In this document: in pieces, positions 27,302 through 40,145 of the stretch
Numbering within the stretch: the first letter of the stretch is position 1
How the letters are laid out: each line of letters begins with the position of its first letter
Assembly: GCA_030265395.1 (NCBI GenBank)
Contig: JARFYF010000051.1
Location: forward strand, 13,057,655 to 13,121,654
Length of the DNA: 64,000 nt
DNA from: Rhina ancylostomus
Lineage: Eukaryota
Direction: 5' to 3'
Notes under the pieces: model-generated
Seen by the model: the letters and a program-made list of their open reading frames with translations, nothing else
The model's database searches: none
Told to the model about the DNA's origin: nothing
Program-made: the position numbers and the translations under genes

Positions 27302-27635
27302 GTGACTGGATGGGTTAGTAAGTTTGTGGATGACACAAAGGTTGGATGTGTTGTAGATAGTATAGAGGGCTGTCAGAGATTACAGTGGGACATATATAGG
27401 ATGCAAAGTTGGGCTGAGAAGTGGCAGATGCAGTTCAACCCAGATAAGTGTGAAGTGGTNNNNNNNNNNNNNNNNNNNNNNNNNNNNNNNNNNNNNNNNN
27501 NNNNNNNNNNNNNNNNNNNNNNNNNNNNNNNNNNNNNNNNNNNNNNNNNNNNNNNNNNNGATATTAGAGCAGGATAAAATGTTGGCACAACATTGTGGGC
27601 TGAAGGGCCTGTACTGTGCTGTAGTGTTCTATGTT
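27302..27635 (+). mobile_element. CR1 fragment spanning an N gap
   Basis: SKFVDDTKVG..WAEKWQMQFNPDKCEV; CR1 tail gtgggctgaagggcctgtactgtgctgta after the gap. Confidence 0.85.
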
Positions 27636-27639
27636 CCCT

Positions 27640-28062
27640 TTTCCTTGGGAGGAAATGAATTGCCGATGTTTCAAGTCCTGATGCAAGCTTTCGATCCAAA
27701 ATGTTGCACGGTAGTGCAGTGGTTAGCGTAATGCTATTATAGCCTCAGCAACCCAGGTTCAGTTCCAGCCGCTGTCTGTAAGGAGTTTCTACGTTTTCCC
27801 TGTGTCTGTGTGGATTTCCTCCGGGTGCTCCAGTTTCCTCCCAATTCTAAAGATGTACTGGTTAGGAAGTTGTGGGCATGCTCTGTTGGCGCTGGAAGCG
27901 TGGCGACACTTGCGGGCTGCCCCAGAACACTCTATGCAAAAGATGCATTTCACTGTGTTTCGATGTCCATGTGACTAATAAAGAAATCTTATCCTTATAA
28001 TTTCTTTCCTCCCACAGACACTGCATGACCCACCGAATCCCACCAGCACGTTGTTCGATGCT
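27640..28062. mobile_element. Inverted Penelope pLTR dyad split by a V-SINE
   Basis: 27647-27672 is antisense gaaacatcggcaattcatttcctccc; 27678-27705 is a sense CTGATGCA..AAAATGTT core; the pLTR resumes near 27998 (aatttctttcctcccacagac). Confidence 0.7.
27706..27997 (+). mobile_element. V-SINE with Rex1/Babar-like tail
   Basis: Same head and V-domain as 17521, but the 3' part ends gcaaaagatgcatttcactgtg..catgtgactaataaa. Confidence 0.9.
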
Positions 28063-28139
28063 CATAGTTAATACTCCATTTCTCCCTCTCCATTCATAAA
28101 TAGTGGTGTTGTACATGATATCTTCTAGTTTGCTGGAAT

Positions 28140-28890
28140 GGTTGAGGAAGTATGATGGCAGAGTACAGTATCAATGGTAGGACTCCTGGCAGTGTGGAGG
28201 ATCAGAGGGATCTTGGGGTCTGAGTCCATAGGATGCTCAAAGCAGCTGCACAGGATGACTCTGTGGTTAAGAAGACATATGGTGTATTGTCCTTCATCAA
28301 TCGTGGAATTGAATTTAGGAGCCGAGAGGCATTGTTGCAGCTAAATAGGTCCCTGGTCAGACCCCACTTGGAGTATTGTTCTCAGTTCTGGTCGCCTCAC
28401 TACAGGAAGGATCTGGAGGCCATAGAAAGGGTGCACAGGAGATTTAAAAGGATGCTGCCTGGAATACAGAACATGCCTCATGAAAGCAGGAACTTGGTCT
28501 TTTCTCCTTGGAGCGATGGAGGATGAGGGGGGACCTGATTAGAGGTATTTAAGATGATGAGAGGCATTGATTGGGTAGATGGAGGTTTCTCCCCTGGGCT
28601 GAAATGGTTGCCACAAGAGGACATAGGTTTAAGGTGTTGGGAAGTAGGTATAGAGGAGATGTCAGGGGTAAGTTTTTTTTTACTCAGAGTGGTGAGTGTG
28701 TGGAATGAGCTACCGGCAATGGTGGTGGAGGTAGATACGATAGGGACTTTTAAGAGACTTTTGGATAGGTACATGGGGCTGAGAAAACTAGAGGGCTATG
28801 GGCAAGCATAGTAATTTCTAAGGTAGCGACATGTTCGGCACAGCTTTGTGGGCCGAAGGGCCTAAATTGTGCTGTAGGTTTTCTATATTT
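28140..28890 (+). mobile_element. CR1 LINE 3' ~750 bp, relatively young
   Basis: RSLVRPHLEYCSQFWSPHYRKD..ERVHRRF; RVVSVWNELP; tail gtgggccgaagggcc. Confidence 0.92.
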
Positions 28891-31800
28891 GTTTGAAAAG
28901 TAACTGCAAACCACTGACTGCAACTTCAGGACTTCGGCAATCTCATTGAAATATTGAGGTTGCTAATAGTAATGTAAAGAATGCTGATATTTCCACAAAT
29001 TTCAGGCAGTGCCTTCCTCCTTTCCATCTCTTATTAATTACTTACTACTTTTACATATTGAGGTAGCAACTTGAGATGTTTCACCATGTTAAACAACAAA
29101 TGATTGTAAAAAAAATCATACCACAGATATTACATGTCCCATATTCTTAGTGCCTGAGCAATGACTGAGCCATGACATTTTACATGGAACAGGAACAATG
29201 CAGGGATGACCAAGTAGATGCACAAGTCCCCACAAGAATCATTAAGCATATTAACATGTTTGTATGTGCATAATTTAAATCACTGTGCATATTCTTGCCA
29301 CTGAGCAAAGTTCAGTGAGTTCAATAATCAATCTTGCTTCAATGAGTGTTTGTAAATCTTTGTCAGAAAAATGGCCTTATTATCTTTCTGATTGTTTCTC
29401 TTCATTTTCCCGACGTTCTCCAATTTTCTTAAAATGTATTATATTTTTGTGGGCATTTTATGCTATTAATCATCATAACAAGTTGAGGTTGATTGGGAGT
29501 GACTTCTGCCTTCAGTTTCTGCATCTATCCTGTCTGCCATCTGTGTTGCAATTTCTCATGAAATAGCAAAAAATCAGGAAACATGTTTTGCTAGGAATCG
29601 TGCACTTAGATTTCCTATCCCGGCAAACTATAATCCAGTACTCTTGTGTGACTATTTTTCTGTGACTCATTTCCATTTTCATATTTTAATTCTGTAAATT
29701 AAATGAGGTAAAGATTGCATTATTGAGTTCTTAGTTAAACTGCACCATTATTTGGTGCTGGTTTCCTATATCTCACTGGGACAAATGCATTTTTATTTTA
29801 TTTCTACTTCTACTTTGTGACCCCTTTCAGGATTATTTTCTCTGTCTGGCCTGGTTTAGTTGATTATGTATGAATTTTGTGAGAGGCTGTGCAGCTGATC
29901 TGATTCGAGCATTTGGCCTGGGCAGCTCTGAACTGGGCTGACTTGGTATTTCTCACCCTGGAGTCATCTCCTTTATATTTGTCTGGTACAAAGCAGCTTT
30001 ATGTTACAGAATAGTGAGGTAGAAAAATTGTTGCCTGCCTTTAATTTCTTGATTAAGATTCACCTTTCAGAAAAATTCTGATCTAAATCCAAAATTTCTA
30101 TTTCAAGATCTGATGAAGGACAAACGAGTTAAATTGAGGGTAAACCACTATGACAACTGGGATGCAGCATTTATTTCACTGCAGTGAAGGAACAGTTACT
30201 GATGAGCCCCAAGTGTTCTGTACACTGCATTCCATCTGTCACGCTGTGTGATCCTCTTTATTATTCTGCTTGTTCACTTTAATCACCAGTATTTTCCAAT
30301 TTTCTCCTCTCCTAGAAAAGATGACTCATTAGTTTACTGCTGGTGACACAGGGGAGCTTGTAGCCTTCCAAAAGTTCATTGGCATGCCCAGTTCTCCTGC
30401 TGACTCTACATAGTGACTACTAGCAGTTTATTGACTTTGAGAAGTAGTGCTGCAGAATCCAAACCTATCAGTCCCCTGTGTCTAGCTACATCTGCTTTCC
30501 AGAAAATGGTTTGGAGCTTGGTGACATCGAACAATAATAAGGATTGGAAACTCCTGCTGAGATTTTTTTCCCTATTCAGAGCAGTTATATTGAGGGTGGT
30601 CTTGGCACTCTCATTGCCATGCAAGTTTACAACACTGTTGAATATGGAATAAATTATGTGACCTAGTTGACTAAAATGGTTTTTAAGAACTACATTGAAT
30701 AAATGAAATGGATATTGGTCTAAAAGACAGTATAACCTGTTTCACTGTTCAGTAGGATAGCAGCTTTTTCATTATCTCATCAATTCTACCTGATCCTCAT
30801 AACCCTCGATAACATTAGTGTACAAAACTCTACCAGTCTGGATCTTGAATGTACTCAGCTGAGTGTCCTCATTTGCATGGGATGGAAAATTCCAAATAGA
30901 AATTAGATTGCATCTATTTTTGGCAGAGTTCTAAATTACGTCCTCTTGGGAAAAATGTTGTGAAATTGGTCAAAGCCAAGTTTGAAACAGCATCAGGTTG
31001 TTCTAAGCCCAAAGAAAAGCTTCAAAATGTAACTTCAGTAGGCCAAGTCTCGCTCCCTGTTGCAACTAGAGCAACCTCAAGTGGCCTCTTCTTGCTCCTG
31101 AATTGTATTTGCATAATAATACCAATTATACTGTAGCTAACATGTAGATNNNNNNNNNNNNNNNNNNNNNNNNNNNNNNNNNNNNNNNNNNNNNNNNNNN
31201 NNNNNNNNNNNNNNNNNNNNNNNNNNNNNNNNNNNNNNNNNNNNNNNNNNNNNNNNNNNNNNNNNNNNNNNNNNNNNNNNNNNNNNNNNNNNNNNNNNNN
31301 NNNNNNNNNNNNNNNNNNNNNNNNNNNNNNNNNNNNNNNNNNNNNNNNNNNNNNNNNNNNNNNNNNNNNNNNNNNNNNNNNNNNNNNNNNNNNNNNNNNN
31401 NNNNNNNNNNNNNNNNNNNNNNNNNNNNNNNNNNNNNNNNNNNNNNNNNNNNNNNNNNNNNNNNNNNNNNNNNNNNNNNNNNNNNNNNNNNNNNNNNNNN
31501 NNNNNNNNNNNNNNNNNNNNNNNNNNNNNNNNNNNNNNNNNNNNNNNNNNNNNNNNNNNNNNNNNNNNNNNNNNNNNNNNNNNNNNNNNNNNNNNNNNNN
31601 NNNNNNNNNNNNNNCAACATTGACCCTCCACATAGGTTAATATTATAATGTTTAGTATTGGAAAGTGATCCAATGTCCACCTCTTCTACTTAGGCCAAAA
31701 CAGTAAGATATAGAAGGGTGGTCACCTGCATGGAAGGTAGCCTCATGGAGGAGACAATCCTTCTCATAAGCATACAGGCCACAAAAATCTGAGCCACCTC

Positions 31801-32619
31801 GCAAACTGAGGTAATGCAAAACCTTCCAGGTTTGTTCATTCGCAATATTTGATTGTGATTACTACATTCCTTTTGAATTACAGGAGATATGTGGTGCTGT
31901 ATAACCATGAAGGAGTTTTGGATGCAGCCTTTAAGTGCAGTGGTCTTCAATTTTGTCTTTTCAGGGTAAAGAAGCCCACTGTTTTCCTCTAATCAACTTC
32001 TCAGGATAACAGACAGGGGGAACATGGGGAGAATACATTACTCAGTTCCGAGCTGTGCAAACTGTGGTGTTTCTACTGCTGAGTCTTCATTAGTTCTTTC
32101 CAATTAGAGTATCTTGAAATAGTCATTTGGTGAATTGTCCTGAAATGAACTTCTCTTAAAGTTCTGAGTGATTTCTCATTCCTGAATTACTGTAGACTTT
32201 ATTATATTGAAAGGTTAGTTCATTAATGTATGTCAATCTGATCAATAAATTGTGAAGTGCATTACTTCCAATTGCTTTGGCTACAATGGTGACTAGCTAA
32301 CATTGATTGATAACAGCATCCCGAAAGGTTGAAGGTTTTGGCCAATGTTTGCACCTGAAGAGTGAATCTTCTCTGAGGAAAGTGTATTTTGTGTTAAGAT
32401 CGTGGTTCTTTAAGCAAGGCACCGCTGTTCAGGAAGTACATAATTTTATGTCACAAAATCTAATTGTAACAGGCATCATTCACTGATGTGCAACAATCAA
32501 TGCAGGTGCACCTGCACCACAGTTTTTGTCTGGGCTCTCCTAGGTGATTTCAGAGGAGATGTGATGTCGAGGCAGCATTTGCTGAAGTGTAGCGTTAAGC
32601 TGTCCTGGTAAAAGTGAAG

Positions 32620-33440
32620 TCAGTAGATGGAGTCATACCTTGCACGAAGGAAGATGACTGTGGGTATCAGAGGTCAAACATTCCAGCCCCGGGATATTGT
32701 CCTAGGCTTCCTCAGTGATCATGCTTGAAAATGCTTGAAACCTCAGAATACCAGGCATCATCTGTGGAAATAGAAACAGATAACATATCAGGTCCATGGC
32801 TGTGTTTCCTTTCAAAGAGCTGTGTTTCCAGCAGTTCTGTTTTTATTTCATATTTCCAGCTTCTGCAGTTTTTAATTTTCATTAATGATCTTCCTTGTAT
32901 CATAAGGTAGGATGTAAGATTTTTGCAAATGATTTCACATGTTCAATTCCAATTGCAACTCCTGAGCAAATGAAGCAGCATGCCTGCATACAGCCAAACC
33001 TAGATAATATTCATACCACAGAAAAGCCTGACAGCTCCAATAAAAGAGGTTCTCACCATGTACTCTTGACATTCAATGATATTACCATCACCAAATCCCC
33101 CACCATCAATTTCCTGGGAGTCACCAACTGGACCAGTCAAAAAAATGCAGTGGCTACAAGAGCAGGATAGGGGTTGGGGATCCTGCAACAAGTGACTCAC
33201 CTGATACCCCAAGGCCCTTCCACCTACAAGGCACAAGTTAGGAGATTAATGGAGTAACCTCCACTTGTTGGTGCTCTACTCATAGCAATTCTCAAGAAGC
33301 TTGTCATCATATAGGGACAAAGTAGTCCACTTGTTTAGCACCCATCAACCTCATCCTAAACAGTCATTCCCTCCAACACTGGCAAACAGTGGCTGCAGCG
33401 TCTACCATCTGCAAGTGCACTGTAATTAACTACCAAGCTT
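32620..33440 (+). mobile_element. Family B LINE RT fragment with an inserted inverted pLTR dyad (~32735-32875)
   Basis: ggagtcatacct..aggaagatg; FINDLPCII..IFAND (YADD-like); TINFLGVT.NWTS. Confidence 0.75.
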
Positions 33441-33499
33441 ATTAGAGTTCTTATGGCGAAACAAAAATTAAGGCCATCTTTTAGAGAGTCCCTTATAGC

Positions 33500-34450
33500 C
33501 CATGCTGCCCTCTGCTCAGCTGCAATATCCCTTTGAAGCCTTCTTTGTCCTTCTGTTCCTCTTGCTCCTGCAGATCTTCAGGCCCTGCCTCATGCCATAA
33601 GGCACCAGCTCTCCATGCTGCTGTCCCCTCAGCAGTTGCCATTGTCTGCAGTTGGCAAGGTTTTGCAGCACGTATCACTATGAAGTTCCTACACCAGGAT
33701 GCCATTTACAAACTGGTGGGTTAATAGAATCTCATCTTTGAGGGCACTTTTCAGTGTTGTTCTGCTGCTTTAGTGCCTTGTTGGAGTAGTGCTCGCTGTT
33801 GTAGTTGGAATCCAAACTGGTGTGAGTAGCCATGGAAGTAAATACTAGTCCGAATCCCTCTGACTCCACCTCTCAGGGCAGCATTGTCTACTGAAGATAT
33901 CCAGTAGTGTGTACTCACTCAGAATGAAGGATCATGCCAGGAAACTTGGCAGTGAACATAAAGTAATTCTTCTTGTGGTCAGTGACCAATTGTACATTTA
34001 AGGAGTGAAAATCTTATTTGTTGATGCAAAGGTCTAGGTCATTAATCAGAGCCCTTTTGGGTACAAGAGTCAGTCAATGGCTGCTTGCATTTATTGGGAA
34101 CCAGCAATACTGGCGATTGCTAATGACCCAGATGACACCTGCTTTGAAGTCATTCCTTCATGAGTAGGGAGTCTGGGTGACCTCTCAGAACCTGTAGTGG
34201 TCAGTAGATTGAGAGATCTGGCAGAGATTTTCTGCTGCCTGGCATGATCTTGACCTCCATGCAGAAAGCAGTCCATCAACAAGAGTGTAGCTAGTGGTCA
34301 TCCTGCAGAAAGCCATCATAAAGAAATGTGACAATCTTAGAAAATCTGAGCTTGTAAATGAGTTGGTAATCAGACAGCTCTAGGTAGGAAGTGGTGTCTC
34401 TGAAGACTCTCTGGAGTAGGCTCTCTGCAGATGGACACATCTTTGCTTCC
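33500..34450 (-). mobile_element. PIF/Harbinger DDE transposase pseudogene
   Basis: Minus strand across frameshifts: RVFRDTTSYLELSD..LRFSK, LCQISQS, IAG..QAAID, FHSLNVQLVTDH..AKFPG..HD..FIL, DS..LLPWLLTPV.IPTT, ..KMRF. Confidence 0.85.
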
Positions 34451-35575
34451 TACTGTAAATACCCCTATTGTCGCTGAGTGGCCTACTGTGCCTATTCCAA
34501 AACTTCCAGTAGTCTCAACAGATGGGCACATATTGAATGAATAACACAGAAGCAAAACACTGTAAAAGACAATCCATGTCATTTGCAGAACACTCTGTGG
34601 ACTTTGGTAGGTATCTGAGCAATCTGCAGTCAGTTGTGAGGCTGCCCAGTCTTCCCCCAAAAACAATAGAACATCTCTAAATAATGACAAAAGCAAGAAT
34701 ATAGCACAAAATGATCCTAGTTTTACTGAAAAGTTGTTTGGAGCTTTGAGCTCCAATTTACGCCAGCTGGGGTAGAAATGTGCCTTGTGTGACCAGCAAC
34801 ATAATCAGGTGCATGTCTGATTCCAGAGAAAGGTCAAGCACATTAAAGTGGAAACTGTCCTGAAGTGCCTGATCCAGTTTTACCCAGGAGTAATCTACTC
34901 TGGGCAAAACTTATTTTGAGGCACTTNNNNNNNNNNNNNNNNNNNNNNNNNNNNNCTGTCTAGGTTGTGGGTTCATCTGTAACCCTAGATGAATTCATTA
35001 CTTTTATTCTCTGGTGTCCTGTTTAAAACACCTAGGACCATTATGTTAAAGCGATTTTATTATATGGTTCCTTGCTACAATTACAAAAATGCAATTTATC
35101 ATTCATTAAAATATTCATTTTTTGTCTAGCTAAATTAAACAAGTTATTTGTTATATGAAGGAAGATTTCTTCCATCTTGTATAAAGTTAAAATCACAACA
35201 CTATAAATGGATTTCTCTTCATTTAAAGAATAAAAAATAAATCAATTCTAATTTTTTTTTCTGTGGTGCTGCTTGTTAGTTTTCCACATTCCAAATCTGG
35301 GCCTTCATTTGACTACTCTTGTATTCACTCAGGTTTTCAAAGGTAGTCTGAATTCCAAAATGAAGAAAGCCAAGAGACAGTTCTTTTAAAAGGTTTTCAC
35401 ATGATCTTTTAAGCAAGAAAATATCACAGATGGATTAAGAAATACATTGCCTTTTTGCTGCTTCAAATTTGTTTTTAATTAAAAGCAAGAGTTTCATGTT
35501 TTGATTTATCAATTTTTCATGACATTGTAACAGTGCGGTGTTAACTGCTTTTCCTATTTGTATGTTTTCATACAG

Positions 35576-35689
35576 GGGAAATTTATCGAGACAATGAAGT
35601 ATGATGGACATTATTTTGGCCTCAGCAGAGATGCATTAGAAAAAATAGCCAGTAAGGGTCTGGCCTGCTGTACTCATATGGAACTAGAA
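35576..35689 (+). CDS. LRGUK: LRGUK exon: GKFIETMKYDGHYFGLSRDALEKIASKGLACCTHMELE
   Basis: catacag acceptor, GAA/gtaggt donor; 114 bp, phase 0 to 0; GK-domain GKF..YG/FG segment. Confidence 0.96.
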
Positions 35690-36489
35690 GTAGGTATGAA
35701 GGTTGTCATGCATTCATGATCTGTGAATGACACATGTGGTTCTAAAAGCATAGTTTGTGAAATCCTAGAAAGTAAATTCTTTCAAAGGAGTATAATATTA
35801 TTACATGTTCGATTTGTAAACAATGTTTTATCATTAGAAATAATTAACATTTTGATAAAGCAAGACCTTTGGTGTAGTCCTGCTAAATGAGAAAGCAGTC
35901 TACATTTTGGCTTCTACCCCAGCAATGCTTTGATTGTAAAATTCTTATACTTGTTCTCAGATTCCCTCATGGCCTCACTGTACCTTTTTCTGCTCTTCCA
36001 ATTCTGACCTCTAGGTAACCCATTGTTAATTGAACCAGCATTAGACATCACAAGTTGGGTTTAAAAGTTTAGTTGTCAGGGAAGGAAAGATGCTTCTTTC
36101 CTAATGTTGCAATCTTAGTAGAAAAAAACTGAAAAATCTTGCATTTCTAGAACACTGCATCAAATCTTCAGCTCCTTAAAACATTCCAATGAACTTTACT
36201 ATCTATGAACTACCTTTTGAAGTGGCACCTGCTGTGTTGCAAAATTAAGCAGCATCTCCAATTTTTTTGGATTATTACTTTGCACAATATTGTAAGTGTT
36301 TCATAGCTGTACAATATGGTGTAAAGTGTACAAAAGCTTTTACAAGCAGGACTCTCCCCAAATAATGTCTTGACAGGCCTGATTCCTGAACCTCCCTGGT
36401 GCTAAACTTTCAGGCCACAATACCTGAAGATTGCTACAGAACAAAATATTTTCAAAATACAAAAAAAAACTATTTTCCCATTTACTTAA

Positions 36490-37600
36490 ATACTTACTAT
36501 TGGAGAAAGTCCCAGGACCTGATGACCACATGCTCAGATTATGCAGGAGGTGGATCTGAACCAAATAGATGAACCGGCTGTGGTCTTCCAAAATCCTATA
36601 CGTTCTAGAATGGATCCCATAGATTGAAAGGTGGCAAATTTAAGAAAGGAGAATAAGAGAAATTATGTTCTGTGGACAAATTAGCCTGGCATCAATAGCA
36701 GAGAAAATGCCTAAATCTATTATTAGGGAGGTGGTAACACGGTACTTTGAGAATAATTATAGGATTGGGCAGAGACAACATACACTTATGAAAGGGGAAA
36801 AGGTGGAATTCTGGGAGATAACAGAATAGAAATGAGTAGAGCAGTTAATATGACATATTTGAACTTTAAGAAGACTTTTGATGATGTGCCACACTAGATT
36901 ATTTAAGAAAATTGAAGTGCATGGCATAAGGAATGATATTCTGCCTTGGACTGAGAATTGATTAACAGGCAGAAAATGGACAAGAGGAATAAACAAATCT
37001 GAGGAAAATGTTGAGATCATGCACTTTCATGGAAAAGTGAGAAATGCAGAGTATTGTAAATGATGAGAGATTGAAAGATATTGATGTTTAGAGGACCTGG
37101 CTGTCCTTGTACGCAGGTCATAGGTTCAGCAAGCAATTATGAAGGCATGCTATATAATGGCCTTTATTGTAAGAGGAGGGAAGTAGAAGAATAGAGGCAT
37201 ATTACTGCAATTATATAGTGTCCTAGGGAGAAGTGTCTACAGGTTTGGTCTCCCTGCCTAAGGAAGGATATATGAACGATAGAGGGAATGCAGTGCAGAC
37301 TCACTAAATTGATTCATGTGATTAAGGGCTTATCATTGAGGGATTTAGCAGACCAGCCTATATTTTCTTAAGTTTAGAAGGAGAGTGATCTAAATGAAAC
37401 ATACAAAATTCTTATGGACTTAACAGAGTGGATCCAGAGATGATGTTTCTACTGGGTGGGTTTCAAGAACAAATGAGGGGTAGCTCATCAGTTAAGAGAG
37501 AACGGGTTACAAGGAAAATAAGCTGGGGGAATGGGATTGAAGGGAATGTTCTAAGAGCTGGTAAAGATTCAATGATCAAATGACCTCCTATTTTACAAAA
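36490..37600 (+). mobile_element. Old CR1 LINE, decayed, with internal deletions
   Basis: KVPGPD..; FDDVPH.RL..KI..HGI; IMHF..; LLQLY; tail region near 37560. Confidence 0.75.
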
Positions 37601-38075
37601 AAATATGAAAAATAAAGGTACTAATTAAATATGGTTGGGTGGACATGGTGCCTCTAGACAGCAGCATGGATCCAGCATGATCCTGTACAATCTACTTGCC
37701 AACATAATGAGAAGAATTAACTTGAAGTGAAATAGATAGTTTGTTAAATCTGAATTTTATAAAAATGTGATAATGTGTCATGGAAATAATAGTTCTTGTT
37801 TCTCAACAAGAATCTCCTGGTTTTTGTGCATTGCAACAATGATTTCACTTTCACTTCATTGTTTTGAGTTATTCTTAAAGAAGCATGAAACATTCTACAT
37901 AATAAATGTTTCATTCTTATTTTCATGTTTCACCATATCTTGCTGTGCTACACTTCAAAGATTGGTTCTCCACTTACATTCACAATAAGAGATCTGATCC
38001 ACCAGAAAACTGAATGCTGCTGTGAATAGGAATAGAGTATAATTTTAAACTGTGTCTAATTCCATCATTGAACAG

Positions 38076-38277
38076 GGAGTGCGTAGCTTGAAGAAGACTT
38101 ACTTAGAGCCTCGATACATTCTACTGATCCCACAGGATATGAAAGAGCATAAGAAAAGACTGTGGATAAGAGGGCTGTACAAAGAATCTCAAATTAATCA
38201 TGTGATATCCAGAGTTGATAATTATATCAACATGAACCAGAAGTTTCCAGGATACTTTGATGCTATAATTAACTCTG
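38076..38277 (+). CDS. LRGUK: LRGUK exon: GVRSLKKTYLEPRYILLIPQDMKEHKKRLWIRGLYKESQINHVISRVDNYINMNQKFPGYFDAIINS
   Basis: aacag acceptor, G/gtaagg donor; 202 bp, phase 0 to 1; lies within track ORF 38052-38423; EPRYIL and FPGYFD motifs typical of LRGUK. Confidence 0.97.
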
Positions 38278-39079
38278 GTAAGGGACTTGTATCCTTGTTG
38301 CCTTATTATTGGAGAGAGACATTACCAAAAAGCAAAGCCCAAATTATCTCTGCTTGCCTCTTTTATTTGTTGGACTTGCCTCATTACCATTGTTTCAACA
38401 CTTATCAACCAGCACTAAAATAATCACATTCATTCTTCAGTTGTATTGCAATGGAAATCTCATTATTCAGTTATGTTTCATTTCATAGAAAATTTAGAGT
38501 TAAGAGAACTTTCCTAAGCCTTTGCCGTAGTACTCTGATGCTGGAACACCAAGATTCCTCTGTGTTCAAAATCAAGAATTTAACATTATAGAGGTGTCAA
38601 TGGGTTAGTTTATACTATATAAAAAAAAATCACAGTTCATAATTTTCCTTGTATATTTCAATAACGAAATATTTTCCCACTGAGAGCATGAATAAAGCCT
38701 GTTTTCTTTGTTCCTTGATATTAATGGTGCCTGGGTGATTGATTCCTTCCATAAGTAGGAAGGAAATATAGTTACCCTATCCTCAAAACTATGTCTGGAG
38801 AAGATGCAAGTACAAAACTGGAAAATGTCAACAAGGCCTAAGTTTAGATTTTGTTTACTCCCTTAATATAATAGTCACTATGAGAACTGGGCTTATGAAA
38901 TAGAGTTTACTAACTTCTGATGTTTGTCAAATATATGATCTGAAAGAGACTGAAGGATACTAAAAGGGAGTACAGATTTGCATGATGAAAACCATATAGC
39001 TCCATTGCTGTTGAGATGCTAGGAGGATCATTCATGAAATGCAGTAAGTCACTTTGATAAATGAGTAAAATCTCTTCAC

Positions 39080-39535
39080 CTTGTTCTTTTAATGAGGTGA
39101 AAAGTCATCAACCTGAAATGTGAATTCTGTTTCTCTTGCCACAGATACTGCTTATTCTGCTCAGTANNNNNNNNNNNNNNNNNNNNNNNNNNNNNNNNNN
39201 NNNNNNNNNNNNNNNNNNNNNNNNNNNNNNNNNNNNNNNNNNNNNNNNNNNNNNNNNNNNNNNNNNTGCTTATTCTGCTCAGTATTTCCAGCATTTTCTG
39301 TCTTTATTTCAGATTTGAAGCATTTTTTTCCCTTTTTTTGAGTGCTGTTTAATTCACTGCCACTTCTCTTCAAGGAATGCCATCTTGAAGTTCTGCTTTG
39401 GGCTTCAGTGGGATTTCTGTTTGTCTCTTTTAACTTGAGTTCTGATGGGCCTTTGGCCTGAAATATTAACTTATTTTCTTTCTTTACAGATGCTTTCTGA
39501 ACTGCTTGGGTTTTCCAGAATTTTCTATTTCTTTC
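39080..39535 (+). mobile_element. Penelope pLTR fragments (two)
   Basis: cctgaaatgtgaattctgtttctcttgccacagatactgc..atttccagcattttctg; second copy CTGATG-GGCC-TTT-GGCC-T-GAAATATT..tacagatgct. Confidence 0.6.
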
Positions 39536-39859
39536 TATTATTCTGATCTTGTCAGGTTCCCTTCTAATTATATGTAATCTTTTCTGCTAATTAAAATTTC
39601 CAGTCCTATGCTAAATGATGAATTTATCCAACTCCTTTTTAAATATAGAAATCAAGTCAGCATCCATTGTACTAAATGGTAGTCAGTTCTAATTCGAAGT
39701 ATGAGCTTATTATTGCTCAAATTGAGTTTAGTTTATGACTTCTTTATCCACTGATCTGCAAGGGCATAAGAAGGATCTGAGAAGGAGCAAGTCATGGGAT
39801 AAAGCAGTAGCCAGCAAGAGCAAGTTTAGTAATCAGGATAGCCAGGGGCACAGTAAAGA

Positions 39860-40145
39860 GAGGGAAAGGAATACTCAATTAAACTGCATTTATTTCAATG
39901 CATGAGGCTTAACAAGCAATGCAGATGAAGAGAGTGGTGGTTGAAGGTTGTTTCTTGGAATGGAGGCCAATGACTAGTGGTGTGCCACGGGTTAGTGTTG
40001 GGACCCTTGTTCATTCATTATATAAATGACTTGGATGCGAATGCACAGGTTTGATCAGTAAGTTTGCGAATGACACAAAATTAGGAGGTGTTGTTGATAG
40101 TGAAGAAGATTATCATAGATTACAGGAGGAATCTTGGTCAGTTGG
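39860..40145 (+). mobile_element. CR1 fragment: endonuclease N-terminus fused to mid-RT
   Basis: LNCIYFNA.GLT..ADE joined directly to RVVVEGCF..SGVP..SKFANDTKLGG. Confidence 0.75.

Noticed and set aside
32501-32516. Perfect 16-bp palindrome TGCAGGTGCACCTGCA (paired E-boxes)
   Set aside because: About one such palindrome is expected by chance in 64 kb (4^-8 per position); no other support.
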